Below are positions 20,503 to 31,279 of a stretch of DNA of 64,000 bases, one piece after another; the first letter of the stretch is position 1; every line of letters starts with the position of its first letter. The notes beneath the pieces were generated by a model that made no database searches, was not told where the DNA came from, and saw nothing but the letters and a program-made list of their open reading frames with translations. Source of the stretch: Flavobacteriaceae bacterium (GTDB lineage: Bacteria > Bacteroidota > Bacteroidia > Flavobacteriales > Flavobacteriaceae); the NCBI GenBank assembly GCA_002697255.1, contig NZUH01000017.1, positions 88 to 64,087 on the forward strand. Reading direction: 5' to 3'. The position numbers were made by a program, and so were the translations under genes.

Positions 20503-23088
20503 TTATTTATTAATTTTTCTTTTTAGTTCATTTAATTTCAAAAGAGCTTCAATTGGAGTAAGTTCATCCAAATTTATTTCATCTAAATCTTTTTTTAATT
20601 CATCAAATTTCGGGTCACTGATGTTAAAAAAGTCTAACTGTGGTGAAATTTTATTTATCACTAACTCCTTTGAAGACCTAGACAATTCTAATTGCTTTAA
20701 CATATCATTGGCTTTATCTAATACATTTTTAGGAATACCAGCCATTTTTGCAACATGAATCCCAAAACTATGCTCACTGCTTCCAGCCACTAGTTTTCTC
20801 AAAAATAATATCTGATTTTTTTCTTCTTTAATAGAAACATTATAATTTTTGATTCTGTCAAATGATTCTTCCATTTGATTTAATTCATGATAGTGTGTAG
20901 CAAATAAAGTTTTTGGTTTTGATTTATGATCATGTAAATATTCCGTTATAGCCCACGCTATAGATATCCCATCATAAGTACTAGTACCTCTTCCAATTTC
21001 ATCAAGTAAAATTAAACTTCGATCAGAGATATTATTTAAAATTAGAGCTGTTTCATTCATTTCAACCATAAATGTTGATTCTCCAACACTTATATTATCG
21101 GAGGCGCCCACACGTGTAAATATTTTATCAATAATTCCCATTCTCAATTTATCAGCCGGTACAAAACAACCTATTTGTGCAAGTAAACAAATTATTGCTG
21201 TTTGCCTTAAAATTGCTGATTTACCCGACATATTAGGACCAGTGATCATAATAATTTGTTGACTTTTTGAATTGAGAAGAATACTATTTGGTATAAAAGG
21301 TTTGTCAATTGCTAATTGAGATTCTATTACAGGATGTTTTCCGTTTGTTATTTCAATATCTAAGGAATCATCAATAATCGGTTTAATATAATTTTTTGTA
21401 ATAGCAAGATTAGAAAAAGAAACTAGACAATCAAGTTTTGCTATTAATAATGAATTGTTTTGTATGGGTCTTATAAATGATTGGCAGTAATTAAGTAATT
21501 CATCATAGAGTTTCAATTCTAATTCCATGATTTTTTGTTCTGCACCTAATATTTTAGACTCATACTCTTTTAGTTCCTCTGTAATATATCGTTCAGCATT
21601 GACCAAAGTTTGCTTTCTAATCCAATCTTCAGGAACCTTATCACGATGAGTATTTCTAACCTCTATATAGTAACCAAAGACATTATTAGAGGATATCTTC
21701 AAAGATGGAATATTTGTTAATTCAGATTGTTCTTGGAGCATTTGATCTAAATAATCTTTATTGTTCTTAGATAAATTTCTCAATTCTTTCAACTCTAATG
21801 AAAATTCTGAGGAAATCGAATTACCCTTATTAATACTAACTGGTGGTAATTCAGAAAGTGTTTCGCTTATAATATTGATTAATTTATCACAATTTTGAAT
21901 TGATCCTATAATTTCGTTAAGTTCAATACAATTGGTTTTTTTTAATTCTTTACTTATAGGTAAAATAATCTTTAAAGACTCATTGAGATTAAATAACTCT
22001 CTTGGGTTAATTTTTTTTGTTGAAATTTTTGAAACAAGTCTCTCGAGATCACTTAATGAATTTAAGGACTCGATTAATAGATTTCTGTGATCCTCATTTA
22101 CTATAAAATATTGAACAATATTGTATCTTTTTAAAATTAATTCTTTATCAGTTGAAGGTAGAGCTAACCATCTTTTCAATAGCCTTCCTCCCATTGGAGA
22201 AATCGTTTTGTCGATAACATCAATTAATGATTTTCCCTCAACAGAACTAGGATAAAAAATTTCTAAGTTTCTGACTGTAAATCTATCAAGCCAAACGTGA
22301 CCTTCTTTAGGAATTCTCTTAATTGTTGTTATATGATTTAATTTGTGATGCTGGGTCTCGCTTAAATAATGTAAAATACCTGCGGAGGAAATAATACCAC
22401 TAGTTAAATCATCAATCCCAAATCCTTTTAGAGATTTTGTTTCAAATTGTTTAATAAGTAACTCATTTGCAAAATCAGAATTATATATCCACTGTTCTAA
22501 AAAGAATAGATTATATAAGTCACCAAAAGCTTCTTTAAATTTTTTCTTATGCTGTTTAGTTATTAAAATCTCACTTGGATTAAAATTAGTTAATAATTTT
22601 GCTATGTATTCAGTATCTCCCTGAGAGATCAAAAATTCTCCAGTTGAAATATCAAGAAAAGAAATACCAATATTATTATTCATAAAAATTGAAGCCAAAA
22701 AATTATTTGATTTTGGGTTTAATACCCCGTCAACAGATGCTAGTCCTGGAGTTATTAGCTCCGTTACTCCACGTTTAACAATTTTTTTTGTTTTTTTTGG
22801 ATCTTCTAACTGATCACAGATGGCTACTCTAAGCCCAGCCTTAACTAATTTTGGCAAGTATAAATTAAGCGAATGATGAGGAAAACCGGCAAGTTCAGTT
22901 TCACTTTGACTACCAGCCCCTCTTTTTGTCAAAATAATATCCAGTATTTTTGACATTTTTATTGCATCTTTTCCAAAAGTTTCAAAAAAATCTCCAACTC
23001 TAAATAATAATAAAGCATCTGGGTATTTTGCCTTAATAGCATTGTACTGCTTCATAAGTGGAGTGATTTTTTTTATGTCTTTTTTCAA
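20503..23088 (-). CDS. mutS: DNA mismatch repair protein MutS
   Basis: 861-aa ORF with TPLMKQY...K......LLFRVGDFFE, Walker A GPNMSGKS and DEIGRGTSTYDG. Confidence 0.95.
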   Translation of the reverse strand: MKKDIKKITPLMKQYNAIKAKYPDALLLFRVGDFFETFGKDAIKMSKILDIILTKRGAGSQSETELAGFPHHSLNLYLPKLVKAGLRVAICDQLEDPKKTKKIVKRGVTELITPGLASVDGVLNPKSNNFLASIFMNNNIGISFLDISTGEFLISQGDTEYIAKLLTNFNPSEILITKQHKKKFKEAFGDLYNLFFLEQWIYNSDFANELLIKQFETKSLKGFGIDDLTSGIISSAGILHYLSETQHHKLNHITTIKRIPKEGHVWLDRFTVRNLEIFYPSSVEGKSLIDVIDKTISPMGGRLLKRWLALPSTDKELILKRYNIVQYFIVNEDHRNLLIESLNSLSDLERLVSKISTKKINPRELFNLNESLKIILPISKELKKTNCIELNEIIGSIQNCDKLINIISETLSELPPVSINKGNSISSEFSLELKELRNLSKNNKDYLDQMLQEQSELTNIPSLKISSNNVFGYYIEVRNTHRDKVPEDWIRKQTLVNAERYITEELKEYESKILGAEQKIMELELKLYDELLNYCQSFIRPIQNNSLLIAKLDCLVSFSNLAITKNYIKPIIDDSLDIEITNGKHPVIESQLAIDKPFIPNSILLNSKSQQIIMITGPNMSGKSAILRQTAIICLLAQIGCFVPADKLRMGIIDKIFTRVGASDNISVGESTFMVEMNETALILNNISDRSLILLDEIGRGTSTYDGISIAWAITEYLHDHKSKPKTLFATHYHELNQMEESFDRIKNYNVSIKEEKNQILFLRKLVAGSSEHSFGIHVAKMAGIPKNVLDKANDMLKQLELSRSSKELVINKISPQLDFFNISDPKFDELKKDLDEINLDELTPIEALLKLNELKRKINK

Positions 23089-23175
23089 AACGATAAGTTA
23101 AATGTTATTTTTACTACATCTTTACTAAAGTAATTATTATTTAGTTGTTTGAAAACAAATGTTTAAGTTGATTAT

Positions 23176-23721
23176 ATGAAAAAATTAAAAAACAGCGAGC
23201 TAAATAGAATTTCTGTTAACGAGTTTAAAAATTCATCAAAAACTCCGTTAATTGTTATTCTTGATAATATAAGAAGCGCACATAATGTGGGGAGTATTTT
23301 CAGAACATGTGATGCTTTTTTAATTAATCAAATATTTCTTTGCGGTATAACAGCAATACCTCCCAACAAAGAAATCAGAAAAACAGCATTAGGAAGTACG
23401 GAATCAGTTGACTGGAAATATTTTGAAAACATAGTTGAAGTAGTCAAAAATTTAAAAAAAGAAGGATATCATATTATTGCCATTGAGCAAGCAAATGAAT
23501 CAATAAAACTTGAAAATTTTAAAACTGATAATAACAAGAAATACGCTGTCATTTTTGGAAATGAGGTTAATGGAATAGATCAAAATGTTATGGATATATG
23601 TAATAATGTAATTGAAATTCCTCAATTTGGAACCAAGCATTCATTAAATGTTTCTGTATCTGCGGGTATTATTATTTGGGATATTTTTTCAAAAATTACC
23701 TTTAATCAATCTGATTTATAA
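23176..23721 (+). CDS. TrmH/SpoU-family RNA 2'-O-methyltransferase
   Basis: 181-aa ORF with SPOUT motifs NVGSIFRT, FGNE..G and IPQFG...SLNVS. Confidence 0.8.
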   Translation: MKKLKNSELNRISVNEFKNSSKTPLIVILDNIRSAHNVGSIFRTCDAFLINQIFLCGITAIPPNKEIRKTALGSTESVDWKYFENIVEVVKNLKKEGYHIIAIEQANESIKLENFKTDNNKKYAVIFGNEVNGIDQNVMDICNNVIEIPQFGTKHSLNVSVSAGIIIWDIFSKITFNQSDL

Positions 23722-24838
23722 TTGATAAATAATCTAATCTGTTTTTGACAAAATCAATTTCTGAAACATCTATAAATTTTATATTTAAGTCTGGTCTAGA
23801 TTTAAAAAAATCTGAATAACTCTGATTTATATTTTTTAAATATTTCTCGGAAATTGATTCTTCATAATCTCTACCTCTTTTTTTTATGTTACTTTTTAAA
23901 TTTTCGATTGTCTGATTTAAAAAAATAATTAAATCTGGCTTTACTATACTCTTATATAAAGAATAAAATAATTTTCGATATAAATTGAACTCATCAGAAT
24001 TCAAATTTATTTTAGAAAAAATTAATGACTTGTGAATATCATAATCACTAATTATATTCTTATTAAAAAAATTAAGTTGGGACAAATCTTCATTTGTTTG
24101 TTGATATCTATCTGCTAAAAATGACATTTCTAGTTTGAATGCAAACTCTCTTGGATTATTATAAAATTTAGCTAAAAAAGGATTATCAATATATCGTTCA
24201 AGCATCAATTTTGTATTAAAATCTGCTGAAATCTGCTTCGATAAACTTGTTTTTCCTGATCCAATATTACCTTCAATGGCAATATAATTATACTGACCAA
24301 TAGATAATATATTAGAAGGATTATTCAATGATAAAGTAGTCTTTTTAATCTTTTGATTTTGCTCAAAAGAATTATAAATTTCTTTTAGTGACATCTTCTT
24401 TAAAGGATGAATTAAATTTGGATCAATTTCAATCAAAGGGTCTAAAACAAATTTTCGATTACACATTTCTACGTGAGGAACCTTTAGTTCTTCAGAATTA
24501 ATTATTAAATCCTCAATCAATAAAATATCAATATCAATTTTTCTTGAAATATATTTCCCTTCATTAATTCTATTTCTACCCAATATTTTTTCAATTTCCA
24601 ATAATTGCTGCATTACATCATGTGGGTCCATAATGGTAGTAAAAGAGGCGCATATGTTATAAAAATCATCCCCCTCAAATCCAATGGACTCAGAGTTATA
24701 AATAGACGAAATAGCGGTAAAACATGCAATTTTGGAATGAATTAAATCTATTGAAGATTGAATATTAATTAGCCTATCACCAATATTAGATCCAATCGAA
24801 ATATGATATTTTTTATATAAATTCATAAGAAATAACAA
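23702..24838 (-). CDS. folK: fusion protein: 6-hydroxymethyl-7,8-dihydropterin pyrophosphokinase (HPPK) plus deoxynucleoside kinase (paralogue 2)
   Basis: 378-aa uninterrupted ORF. Residues ~10-150 look like HPPK (ISIGSNIGDR, IDIDILL, PH..M..R.FVL.PL). Residues ~183-378 look like a dNK (IAIEGNIGSGKTSL, ERY..NPFL..FY). Confidence 0.8.
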   Translation of the reverse strand: MLFLMNLYKKYHISIGSNIGDRLINIQSSIDLIHSKIACFTAISSIYNSESIGFEGDDFYNICASFTTIMDPHDVMQQLLEIEKILGRNRINEGKYISRKIDIDILLIEDLIINSEELKVPHVEMCNRKFVLDPLIEIDPNLIHPLKKMSLKEIYNSFEQNQKIKKTTLSLNNPSNILSIGQYNYIAIEGNIGSGKTSLSKQISADFNTKLMLERYIDNPFLAKFYNNPREFAFKLEMSFLADRYQQTNEDLSQLNFFNKNIISDYDIHKSLIFSKINLNSDEFNLYRKLFYSLYKSIVKPDLIIFLNQTIENLKSNIKKRGRDYEESISEKYLKNINQSYSDFFKSRPDLNIKFIDVSEIDFVKNRLDYLSIINQID

Positions 24839-24867
24839 ATTAGTTAAAAGAAATTGATTTACTATAT

Positions 24868-25590
24868 TTGGATAAAGACAAATTCGTGAATAAAGAAAAA
24901 AAAATATTAGCTCAGAAACTTTATTTAGTACTTACTTCACTTTTTATTACATCTTTAGTAGTATCTAATTTAATTTTTCAGAAATTTTTTTACTGGCACC
25001 CAGTAGATTTAGAAATATTTGGAGAAAAGCTTTTCTACCTGTCAGTTGGAATTCTTCCTTACCCGATAACCTTTTTAATTACCGATATAATTAGTGAGAT
25101 TTACGGGAAAAGGAAAGCAAATCAAGTTGTCACGGTTGGTATATTCGCAGCTATTTTTTCAACCTTAATTATATATGTTGCAGATTCAGTGCCAGCAATA
25201 GATAATTCTCCTGTAAATGATTTGTTGTTTAAAAAGGTTTTTGGCAGTACAATTATTGCAGTACTTTCAAGCATGCTTAGCTACTTATTTGCTCAATATA
25301 TTGATATACATATTTATCATTTTTGGAAAAATTTAACCAAGGGAAAAATGTTATGGTTGAGAAATAACTTTTCAACTTTCTTTTCACAATTTGTCGATAC
25401 TTTTACAATAATTTTTCTCTTATGTCTTAACAATATATTAAATTGGGATCAGTTTGCTGGATTATTAATTTCTGGTTTTCTATTTAAGGTATTAGTAGCG
25501 CTAATTGACACCCCATTTTTATATTTAGGCGTCTATTTTTTCAGAAGAAAATTTAATCTTGGAATTAACGAAGAACTAAATATTGACTAA
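24868..25590 (+). CDS. queuosine-precursor transporter (YhhQ/DUF165, VUT family)
   Basis: 240-aa polytopic ORF with a TTG start and YPITFLITDIISEIYG and FVDT motifs typical of DUF165. Confidence 0.7.
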   Translation: MDKDKFVNKEKKILAQKLYLVLTSLFITSLVVSNLIFQKFFYWHPVDLEIFGEKLFYLSVGILPYPITFLITDIISEIYGKRKANQVVTVGIFAAIFSTLIIYVADSVPAIDNSPVNDLLFKKVFGSTIIAVLSSMLSYLFAQYIDIHIYHFWKNLTKGKMLWLRNNFSTFFSQFVDTFTIIFLLCLNNILNWDQFAGLLISGFLFKVLVALIDTPFLYLGVYFFRRKFNLGINEELNID

Positions 25591-26384
25591 ACAGTTATAG
25601 AAATTTTAAATAAATGACCCTCGTGAGCTCTATAATTTAAAACATTATTATTTTCAAATATTAAATACTGACCTTTAATACCCATTAGATTTCCTGAAAA
25701 TTTATCATCTCTATTTAATTTAATTGATTTTGGTTTAAGAGGATATTCATTAACTGGAAAATTGATTTTTACAATTTTACTGTCATTGTTAAAGTAATGT
25801 AAAATATTACTTGGAATATAGTTTTTTGCATGTTCTTTAAAATTTAGAAGACTTACATTATCAATTTCGTTCTTAAGCATTTTTCTCCAATTAGTTTTAT
25901 CACTCATGTATTTTTTTAAAGCAATTTCTGCAGTTCCTGCTAAAAATCTATTTGGAGTTTCTATAATTTCAATTGCTTCATGTGCACCCTGATCTATCCA
26001 TCTAAAGGGAATTTGAGATTTTCTTGTGACGCCAACCTTAATAGACCCAGTATTAGAAAGATAAACAATGTGTGGTTGTAACTGAACTTTTTTTTCATAT
26101 TTGAGATCTCTGTCCTCAATATTTAAATGAGCTTTACTAAGCTCTGGTTTTATAATCCAGCCTCCAGCTAAAGGACTTTCAAAAAAACAATTTTTACAAA
26201 AACCTTGTCTAAAAATAGGCTCGGAAGACAAACATGACAAACAACAGTAACCATAACAATTAATTGAAATTTTATGATTTAAGAATTGATTTAGATGGAT
26301 GAAATTATTTTTAAATTCAATAAAATAATTTATCGTAGAACTATACTCAGTAGTCATTTTTTTTACAACTCCTTGAAAATGCAT
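25587..26384 (-). CDS. DUF2797-family protein (Cys-rich zinc-ribbon-like N-terminal part); function unknown
   Basis: 265-aa ORF with G..KKM, C.SC....P.FRQGFC..CF, then VYLSNTGSIKVGVTR...P.RWIDQGA. Confidence 0.65.
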   Translation of the reverse strand: MHFQGVVKKMTTEYSSTINYFIEFKNNFIHLNQFLNHKISINCYGYCCLSCLSSEPIFRQGFCKNCFFESPLAGGWIIKPELSKAHLNIEDRDLKYEKKVQLQPHIVYLSNTGSIKVGVTRKSQIPFRWIDQGAHEAIEIIETPNRFLAGTAEIALKKYMSDKTNWRKMLKNEIDNVSLLNFKEHAKNYIPSNILHYFNNDSKIVKINFPVNEYPLKPKSIKLNRDDKFSGNLMGIKGQYLIFENNNVLNYRAHEGHLFKISITV

Positions 26385-26427
26385 AAAATTTTATTAATTT
26401 AACGGGTATTAAAATACAAAAAAAAAC

Positions 26428-27942
26428 GTGCCAACACCCATTATTAACTCAATTGCTTCTTGGTTTTTAAAAAAGAGAATGCATCAAATTGAATTATTTA
26501 AAAAATACCCATCTGAAGTTCAAAATGATGTGTTACTAAAATTAGTAAATACAGCAAAGAATACTACATTCGGAAAAAATTACGGATTTTCATCTGTTAA
26601 TAATTATGAAAATTTTTCAAATCAAACACCTGTATTCAGTTATGAAAATTTTTCAAATCAAATAGAAAAAGCAAGGAAAGGGAAAAGTAATATATTTTGG
26701 CCGAGTAAAATTAAATGGTTTGCTAAATCAAGTGGAACAACAAATTCAAAAAGTAAATTTATTCCTGTAAGTAATGAGTCATTGCAAGATTGTCATTATG
26801 CAGCAGGAAAAGATTTACTATGTATGTATTTAAATAACAATCCTAATTCACAACTTTTTACAGGTAAAAGCTTACGTCTGGGCGGTAGTAAAACTCCTTA
26901 TGAAAAGAACGGGACATTTTATGGCGATCTTTCAGCAATTTTGATTGATAATATGCCTTTTTGGGCTGAATTCAGTAGTACACCTAGTAATAAAATTTCT
27001 CTTATGGAAAACTGGAATTATAAAATTGAAGCTATAATTAAGGAAACTATTAATGAAAATGTTACAAGCCTAGCTGGAGTTCCTTCATGGATGCTAGTAT
27101 TACTAAATAAAATTCTTGAGAATAGGAATGAAAAATATATTTCAGAAATATGGCCTAATTTAGAAGTTTATTTTCACGGAGGTGTGAGTTTTAAACCTTA
27201 CTTAAATCAATATAAAAATATATTGAATAAAGATTCAATGAGATACTACGAAATTTACAATGCTTCAGAAGGTTTTTTTGCAATACAATATGAAAACAAT
27301 TCTAACGAATTATTATTAATGCTTGATTATGGAATTTTTTATGAATTTATTGACATGAAATATTATGGTACAAAAAACGAAAAAATTATTCCTTTGGCTG
27401 AGGTCAAAATAAATACTAATTATGCAATTTTAATTTCTACAAATGCTGGGTTATGGAGATACAAAATAGGAGACACTGTAAAGTTTACTTCAATTTCACC
27501 ATATAAAATTATTATAACAGGTAGAACTAAGCATTTTATAAATGTTTTTGGAGAAGAGGTAATTATAGAAAATACTGATAATGTAATAAAAAAGATATCA
27601 TCAAAGTATGATTTAAAGATAGTTGATTATACAGTAGCTCCCATTTTTATGGGAAATAATAAAAAAGGGACGCATGAATGGTTTATTGAATTTCAGAGTA
27701 ATCCTGGCGATGCTATCGACTTAGCAAAAACTATTGATGAAGAATTAAAAAAGGAAAATTCTGATTATGAAGCCAAAAGATACAATAACTTCACTTTAAA
27801 AAAACCTAAAGTTGTAATTGGTTCTAATGGCGTGTTTTTAAAGTGGTTAGAAAAAAATAATAAAGTTGGAGGGCAGAATAAAATTCCAAGACTGTCTAAC
27901 GATAGAAAATTTATAAATCAGCTTATTGAATTAAATAATTAA
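26428..27942 (+). CDS. GH3-family (auxin-responsive promoter family) adenylate-forming enzyme; bacterial function unknown
   Basis: 504-aa ORF with a GTG start. It shows the GH3-like pattern ([34 protein letters not shown]). Confidence 0.78.
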   Translation: MPTPIINSIASWFLKKRMHQIELFKKYPSEVQNDVLLKLVNTAKNTTFGKNYGFSSVNNYENFSNQTPVFSYENFSNQIEKARKGKSNIFWPSKIKWFAKSSGTTNSKSKFIPVSNESLQDCHYAAGKDLLCMYLNNNPNSQLFTGKSLRLGGSKTPYEKNGTFYGDLSAILIDNMPFWAEFSSTPSNKISLMENWNYKIEAIIKETINENVTSLAGVPSWMLVLLNKILENRNEKYISEIWPNLEVYFHGGVSFKPYLNQYKNILNKDSMRYYEIYNASEGFFAIQYENNSNELLLMLDYGIFYEFIDMKYYGTKNEKIIPLAEVKINTNYAILISTNAGLWRYKIGDTVKFTSISPYKIIITGRTKHFINVFGEEVIIENTDNVIKKISSKYDLKIVDYTVAPIFMGNNKKGTHEWFIEFQSNPGDAIDLAKTIDEELKKENSDYEAKRYNNFTLKKPKVVIGSNGVFLKWLEKNNKVGGQNKIPRLSNDRKFINQLIELNN

Positions 27943-29165
27943 GATGCAGCTTTTAATTTTTCTAAGCTTATTCTAGAAAGCTGGTCCTGAGCATATTTTT
28001 TGGTAACAACCAGTTTTTTGATTTCACTCCCAGGTAAACTAAACATTGCGTCGTTTAAAATTTCTTCACACAAAGACCTTAAACCTCTAGCTCCCAAGTT
28101 ATAATCAATTGCTTTATCAACAATATAATTTAAAGCACTTTTATTAATTTCTAAAACAATATTATCCATTTCAAATAACTTGATATATTGTTTTATTAAA
28201 GCATTTTTGGGTTCGGTTAAAATACTTAAAAGAGCATTTTTATTTAATGGGTTCATATAGGTTACAACCGGAAGTCTTCCGATAATCTCAGGAATTAATC
28301 CAAATTCTTTAAGGTCTTTTGGGTTAATATATTTCAAAATATTGTCTTTCGAAATTTGTTCTTTTCCAATACTCTTATATCCAATCACATTAAAATTCAA
28401 CCTCTTTGAAATATACCTTTCAATTCCGTCAAACGCACCTCCGGCTATAAATAATATTTTTTCAGTGTTAATTTCTATAAAATTTTGATCAGGATGTTTT
28501 CTACCACCCTTTGGAGGCACATTTACAATTGTTCCCTCTAGTAATTTAAGCAAAGCCTGTTGCACACCTTCTCCAGAAACATCTCTAGTAATTGACGGAT
28601 TATCACTTTTTCTAGCAATTTTATCTATTTCATCAATAAAAACTATACCTCTTTCAGCTTTATCAATATCATAATTAGCTGATTGTAATAATTTTGTAAG
28701 TATACCCTCAACATCCTCTCCAACATATCCAGCCTCGGTAAGAACAGTTGCGTCTACTATTGCTAAAGGGACATCTAACATTTTAGCAATGGTTTTGGCA
28801 ATTAATGTTTTTCCAGTTCCAGTTTTACCAACCATAATAATATTGCTTTTTTCAATTTCAACATCATTAGATATCTGTTGATTAATTCTCTTGTAATGAT
28901 TATAAACAGAAACAGAAATAACTTTTTTAGTATAATCTTGTCCAATTATATAGTCATCTAAAAAAAGTTTAATTTGTTGTGGTTTAAGTATCTGAAGGTC
29001 AGTTTTATCTTCAGTTTTATCCAGGGAATTATTTTCTTGAATTATTATTCCGTTAGCCTGTTCGATACATAAATCACATATATGAGCATCTATACCAGCG
29101 ATAAGTAAACTAGTTTGGTCTTTTTTCTTGCCACAAAAAGAACAATTTAAATCTGACTTAGACAT
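27939..29165 (-). CDS. clpX: ATP-dependent Clp protease ATP-binding subunit ClpX
   Basis: 408-aa ORF with an N-terminal zinc finger (CSFCGK...CDLC), Walker A GKTGTGKT and an IGRLP motif. Confidence 0.95.
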   Translation of the reverse strand: MSKSDLNCSFCGKKKDQTSLLIAGIDAHICDLCIEQANGIIIQENNSLDKTEDKTDLQILKPQQIKLFLDDYIIGQDYTKKVISVSVYNHYKRINQQISNDVEIEKSNIIMVGKTGTGKTLIAKTIAKMLDVPLAIVDATVLTEAGYVGEDVEGILTKLLQSANYDIDKAERGIVFIDEIDKIARKSDNPSITRDVSGEGVQQALLKLLEGTIVNVPPKGGRKHPDQNFIEINTEKILFIAGGAFDGIERYISKRLNFNVIGYKSIGKEQISKDNILKYINPKDLKEFGLIPEIIGRLPVVTYMNPLNKNALLSILTEPKNALIKQYIKLFEMDNIVLEINKSALNYIVDKAIDYNLGARGLRSLCEEILNDAMFSLPGSEIKKLVVTKKYAQDQLSRISLEKLKAAS

Positions 29166-29174
29166 ATAGTAAAA

Positions 29175-29849
29175 TTAATTTTTGGTAAGAATTTCATCAA
29201 TCATTCCGTACTTTAAAGCTTTATCAGCTTTCATCCAATAATCTCTGTCACTGTCTTCATATACCTTATCATAATCTTGACCTGTGTGCTTACTTATTAT
29301 CTTGTAGAGCTCCTCTTTTAAGGTTAGAATTTCTCGAGTAGTAATCTCAATATCGCTGGCCTGACCTTGAGCGCCACCTAATGGTTGATGAATCATGACT
29401 CTAGAATGAGTAAGACCACTTCTTTTACCTTTTTCTCCTGCACATAATAATACAGCACCCATAGAAGCTGCCATCCCAGTGCATATAGTTGCAACATCTG
29501 GTTTTATAAGTTGCATTGTATCATAAATTCCTAACCCAGCGTAAACACTTCCACCTGGTGAATTTATATATATCTGAATATCTTTTGTTGAATCAGCACT
29601 TTCAAGAAATAATAATTGAGCTTGTATTATATTAGCTACCTGATCATTAACGGCTCTGCCCAAGAAAATTATTCTGTCCATCATCAGTCTAGAAAAAACA
29701 TCCAGTTGTGTTACATTCAATTGTCTTTCCTCGGTAATATATGGAGTAAATCCTGAGGGATACATACTGCTTACAATATCGTTAAAGTAAGTACTGCTTA
29801 AACCTTGGTCTTTAATAGCAAATTTTTTAAACTCTTTTCCGAAATCCAT
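29175..29849 (-). CDS. clpP: ATP-dependent Clp protease proteolytic subunit ClpP
   Basis: 224-aa ORF with the active-site GMAASMGA and MIHQP. Confidence 0.95.
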   Translation of the reverse strand: MDFGKEFKKFAIKDQGLSSTYFNDIVSSMYPSGFTPYITEERQLNVTQLDVFSRLMMDRIIFLGRAVNDQVANIIQAQLLFLESADSTKDIQIYINSPGGSVYAGLGIYDTMQLIKPDVATICTGMAASMGAVLLCAGEKGKRSGLTHSRVMIHQPLGGAQGQASDIEITTREILTLKEELYKIISKHTGQDYDKVYEDSDRDYWMKADKALKYGMIDEILTKN

Positions 29850-29889
29850 TTTTAAAATTATTATTATTGATTATAAATATAAGAATAAA

Positions 29890-31209
29890 TTATGACGGAT
29901 ATACTTCTTTAACGTACTCATCATAAGAAACTTTTTTTAACTTATAATTGAAGTTTTCTTTAAAAAACTCAAGAATTCTGTTACTTGTTAATTGTTCAGT
30001 TAATCTTTTGATTTCATCTTTATTGCTCATAACTCTGGCAACAATACCATCAAGCTCCTTTTCTTCTGGAATAGGCTGTCCATATTGCAACATCTGGTTT
30101 TTAATTAGTTCCGAAGTAAAACTTTTTAAATCTTCAAAATTGACCTGTAATTTATTGTCAATTATTATTTTACTTTCTATTAGTTGATACTTCATTCCCT
30201 TTTCTGATTTTTCATATTCTGTTTGAGCTTCATTTTGAGAAATCTTTTTTTCAGAACTCAACTGCATCCATTTAACCAAAAACTCAGAAGGTAATTTAAT
30301 TTTAGTTGAATCGATTAGATACTCAATCGAATCATTCATCAACTTTTGATCTGTTTGATTTTGAAATTGTTTTACAAAATCATCAGAAAGTTTATCTTTT
30401 AATTCAGTTACCGATTTAATCGAATTTTTACCATAAACTTTATCAAAAAGTTCTTGATCCAAATCAGCGGGTTCTCTTTTATTGATTTCTTGAATTTTTA
30501 ACTCAACTGCTAAATTAATCTCTTTAGCCTTATTTAGATCTATTTTTAAATTCCTGGAAAGCTCATAATCTTCTTTAAAAATTTTTGAAGTTTTTTCAGA
30601 AATAGAATCACCAACCTTTAAACCAATTATTTTTTTTAAAAAAGTTGGTTTCAAAGAATCAGTTTTAAACATACTAGAATTATTTATTTCATCTGATTCA
30701 GAGTTGAAATTAGCGGTGATTTCAAAATCTTTTTCAATTTTTGATTTTGAAATCAACTTTCCGTACTGGTCCTGAATGTTTTTTATTTGATTCTCAACTG
30801 ACTTTTTATCAGCTTTAACTTCATATCTAATTATAGGCTTTTTTGGTTTAAAATTTAACTTAATTTCAGGAGTATAACCTATCTCAAAATCAAAATTAAT
30901 TGTATCCAAGTCCCAATCAATAGCTTCATAAGAGGGAATTGGCCCACCAAGAATATCTAATTTTTCTTCTTGTATATATTTCTTAAGTTCAGAGTCTAAT
31001 AACTTATTTATCTCGTCCACTTTCACTGCACTACCATATTGTTTTCTCACAAGACCCATTGGAATATGTCCCTTTCTAAAACCTGGTATTTTAGCAGTTT
31101 TTGTGTATCTTTTTAATATATCATTGACCTTAGTTTCATAATCGTTTTTTTCTACTTCAACATTTATTACACCGGTTTGCTTATTTTTTTTTGATATGGA
31201 TATTTTCAT
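29890..31209 (-). CDS. tig: trigger factor
   Basis: 439-aa ORF with an N-terminal ribosome-binding motif (GFRKGH.P). It sits in the conserved tig-clpP-clpX order. Confidence 0.88.
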   Translation of the reverse strand: MKISISKKNKQTGVINVEVEKNDYETKVNDILKRYTKTAKIPGFRKGHIPMGLVRKQYGSAVKVDEINKLLDSELKKYIQEEKLDILGGPIPSYEAIDWDLDTINFDFEIGYTPEIKLNFKPKKPIIRYEVKADKKSVENQIKNIQDQYGKLISKSKIEKDFEITANFNSESDEINNSSMFKTDSLKPTFLKKIIGLKVGDSISEKTSKIFKEDYELSRNLKIDLNKAKEINLAVELKIQEINKREPADLDQELFDKVYGKNSIKSVTELKDKLSDDFVKQFQNQTDQKLMNDSIEYLIDSTKIKLPSEFLVKWMQLSSEKKISQNEAQTEYEKSEKGMKYQLIESKIIIDNKLQVNFEDLKSFTSELIKNQMLQYGQPIPEEKELDGIVARVMSNKDEIKRLTEQLTSNRILEFFKENFNYKLKKVSYDEYVKEVYPS

Positions 31210-31233
31210 TTTTAGACAAAATTGGTTTGCGAA

Positions 31234-31256
31234 AGTACTGTTTTTTTTACAGTACT
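31234..31256 (-). terminator. possible terminator hairpin downstream of the pdxJ-hydrolase unit
   Basis: 8-bp stem agtactgt / acagtact with a 7-T loop. The U-tract on the minus strand is short, so support is weak. Confidence 0.4.
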
Positions 31257-31279
31257 CAAAGATAAAACTGGCTTATTGA

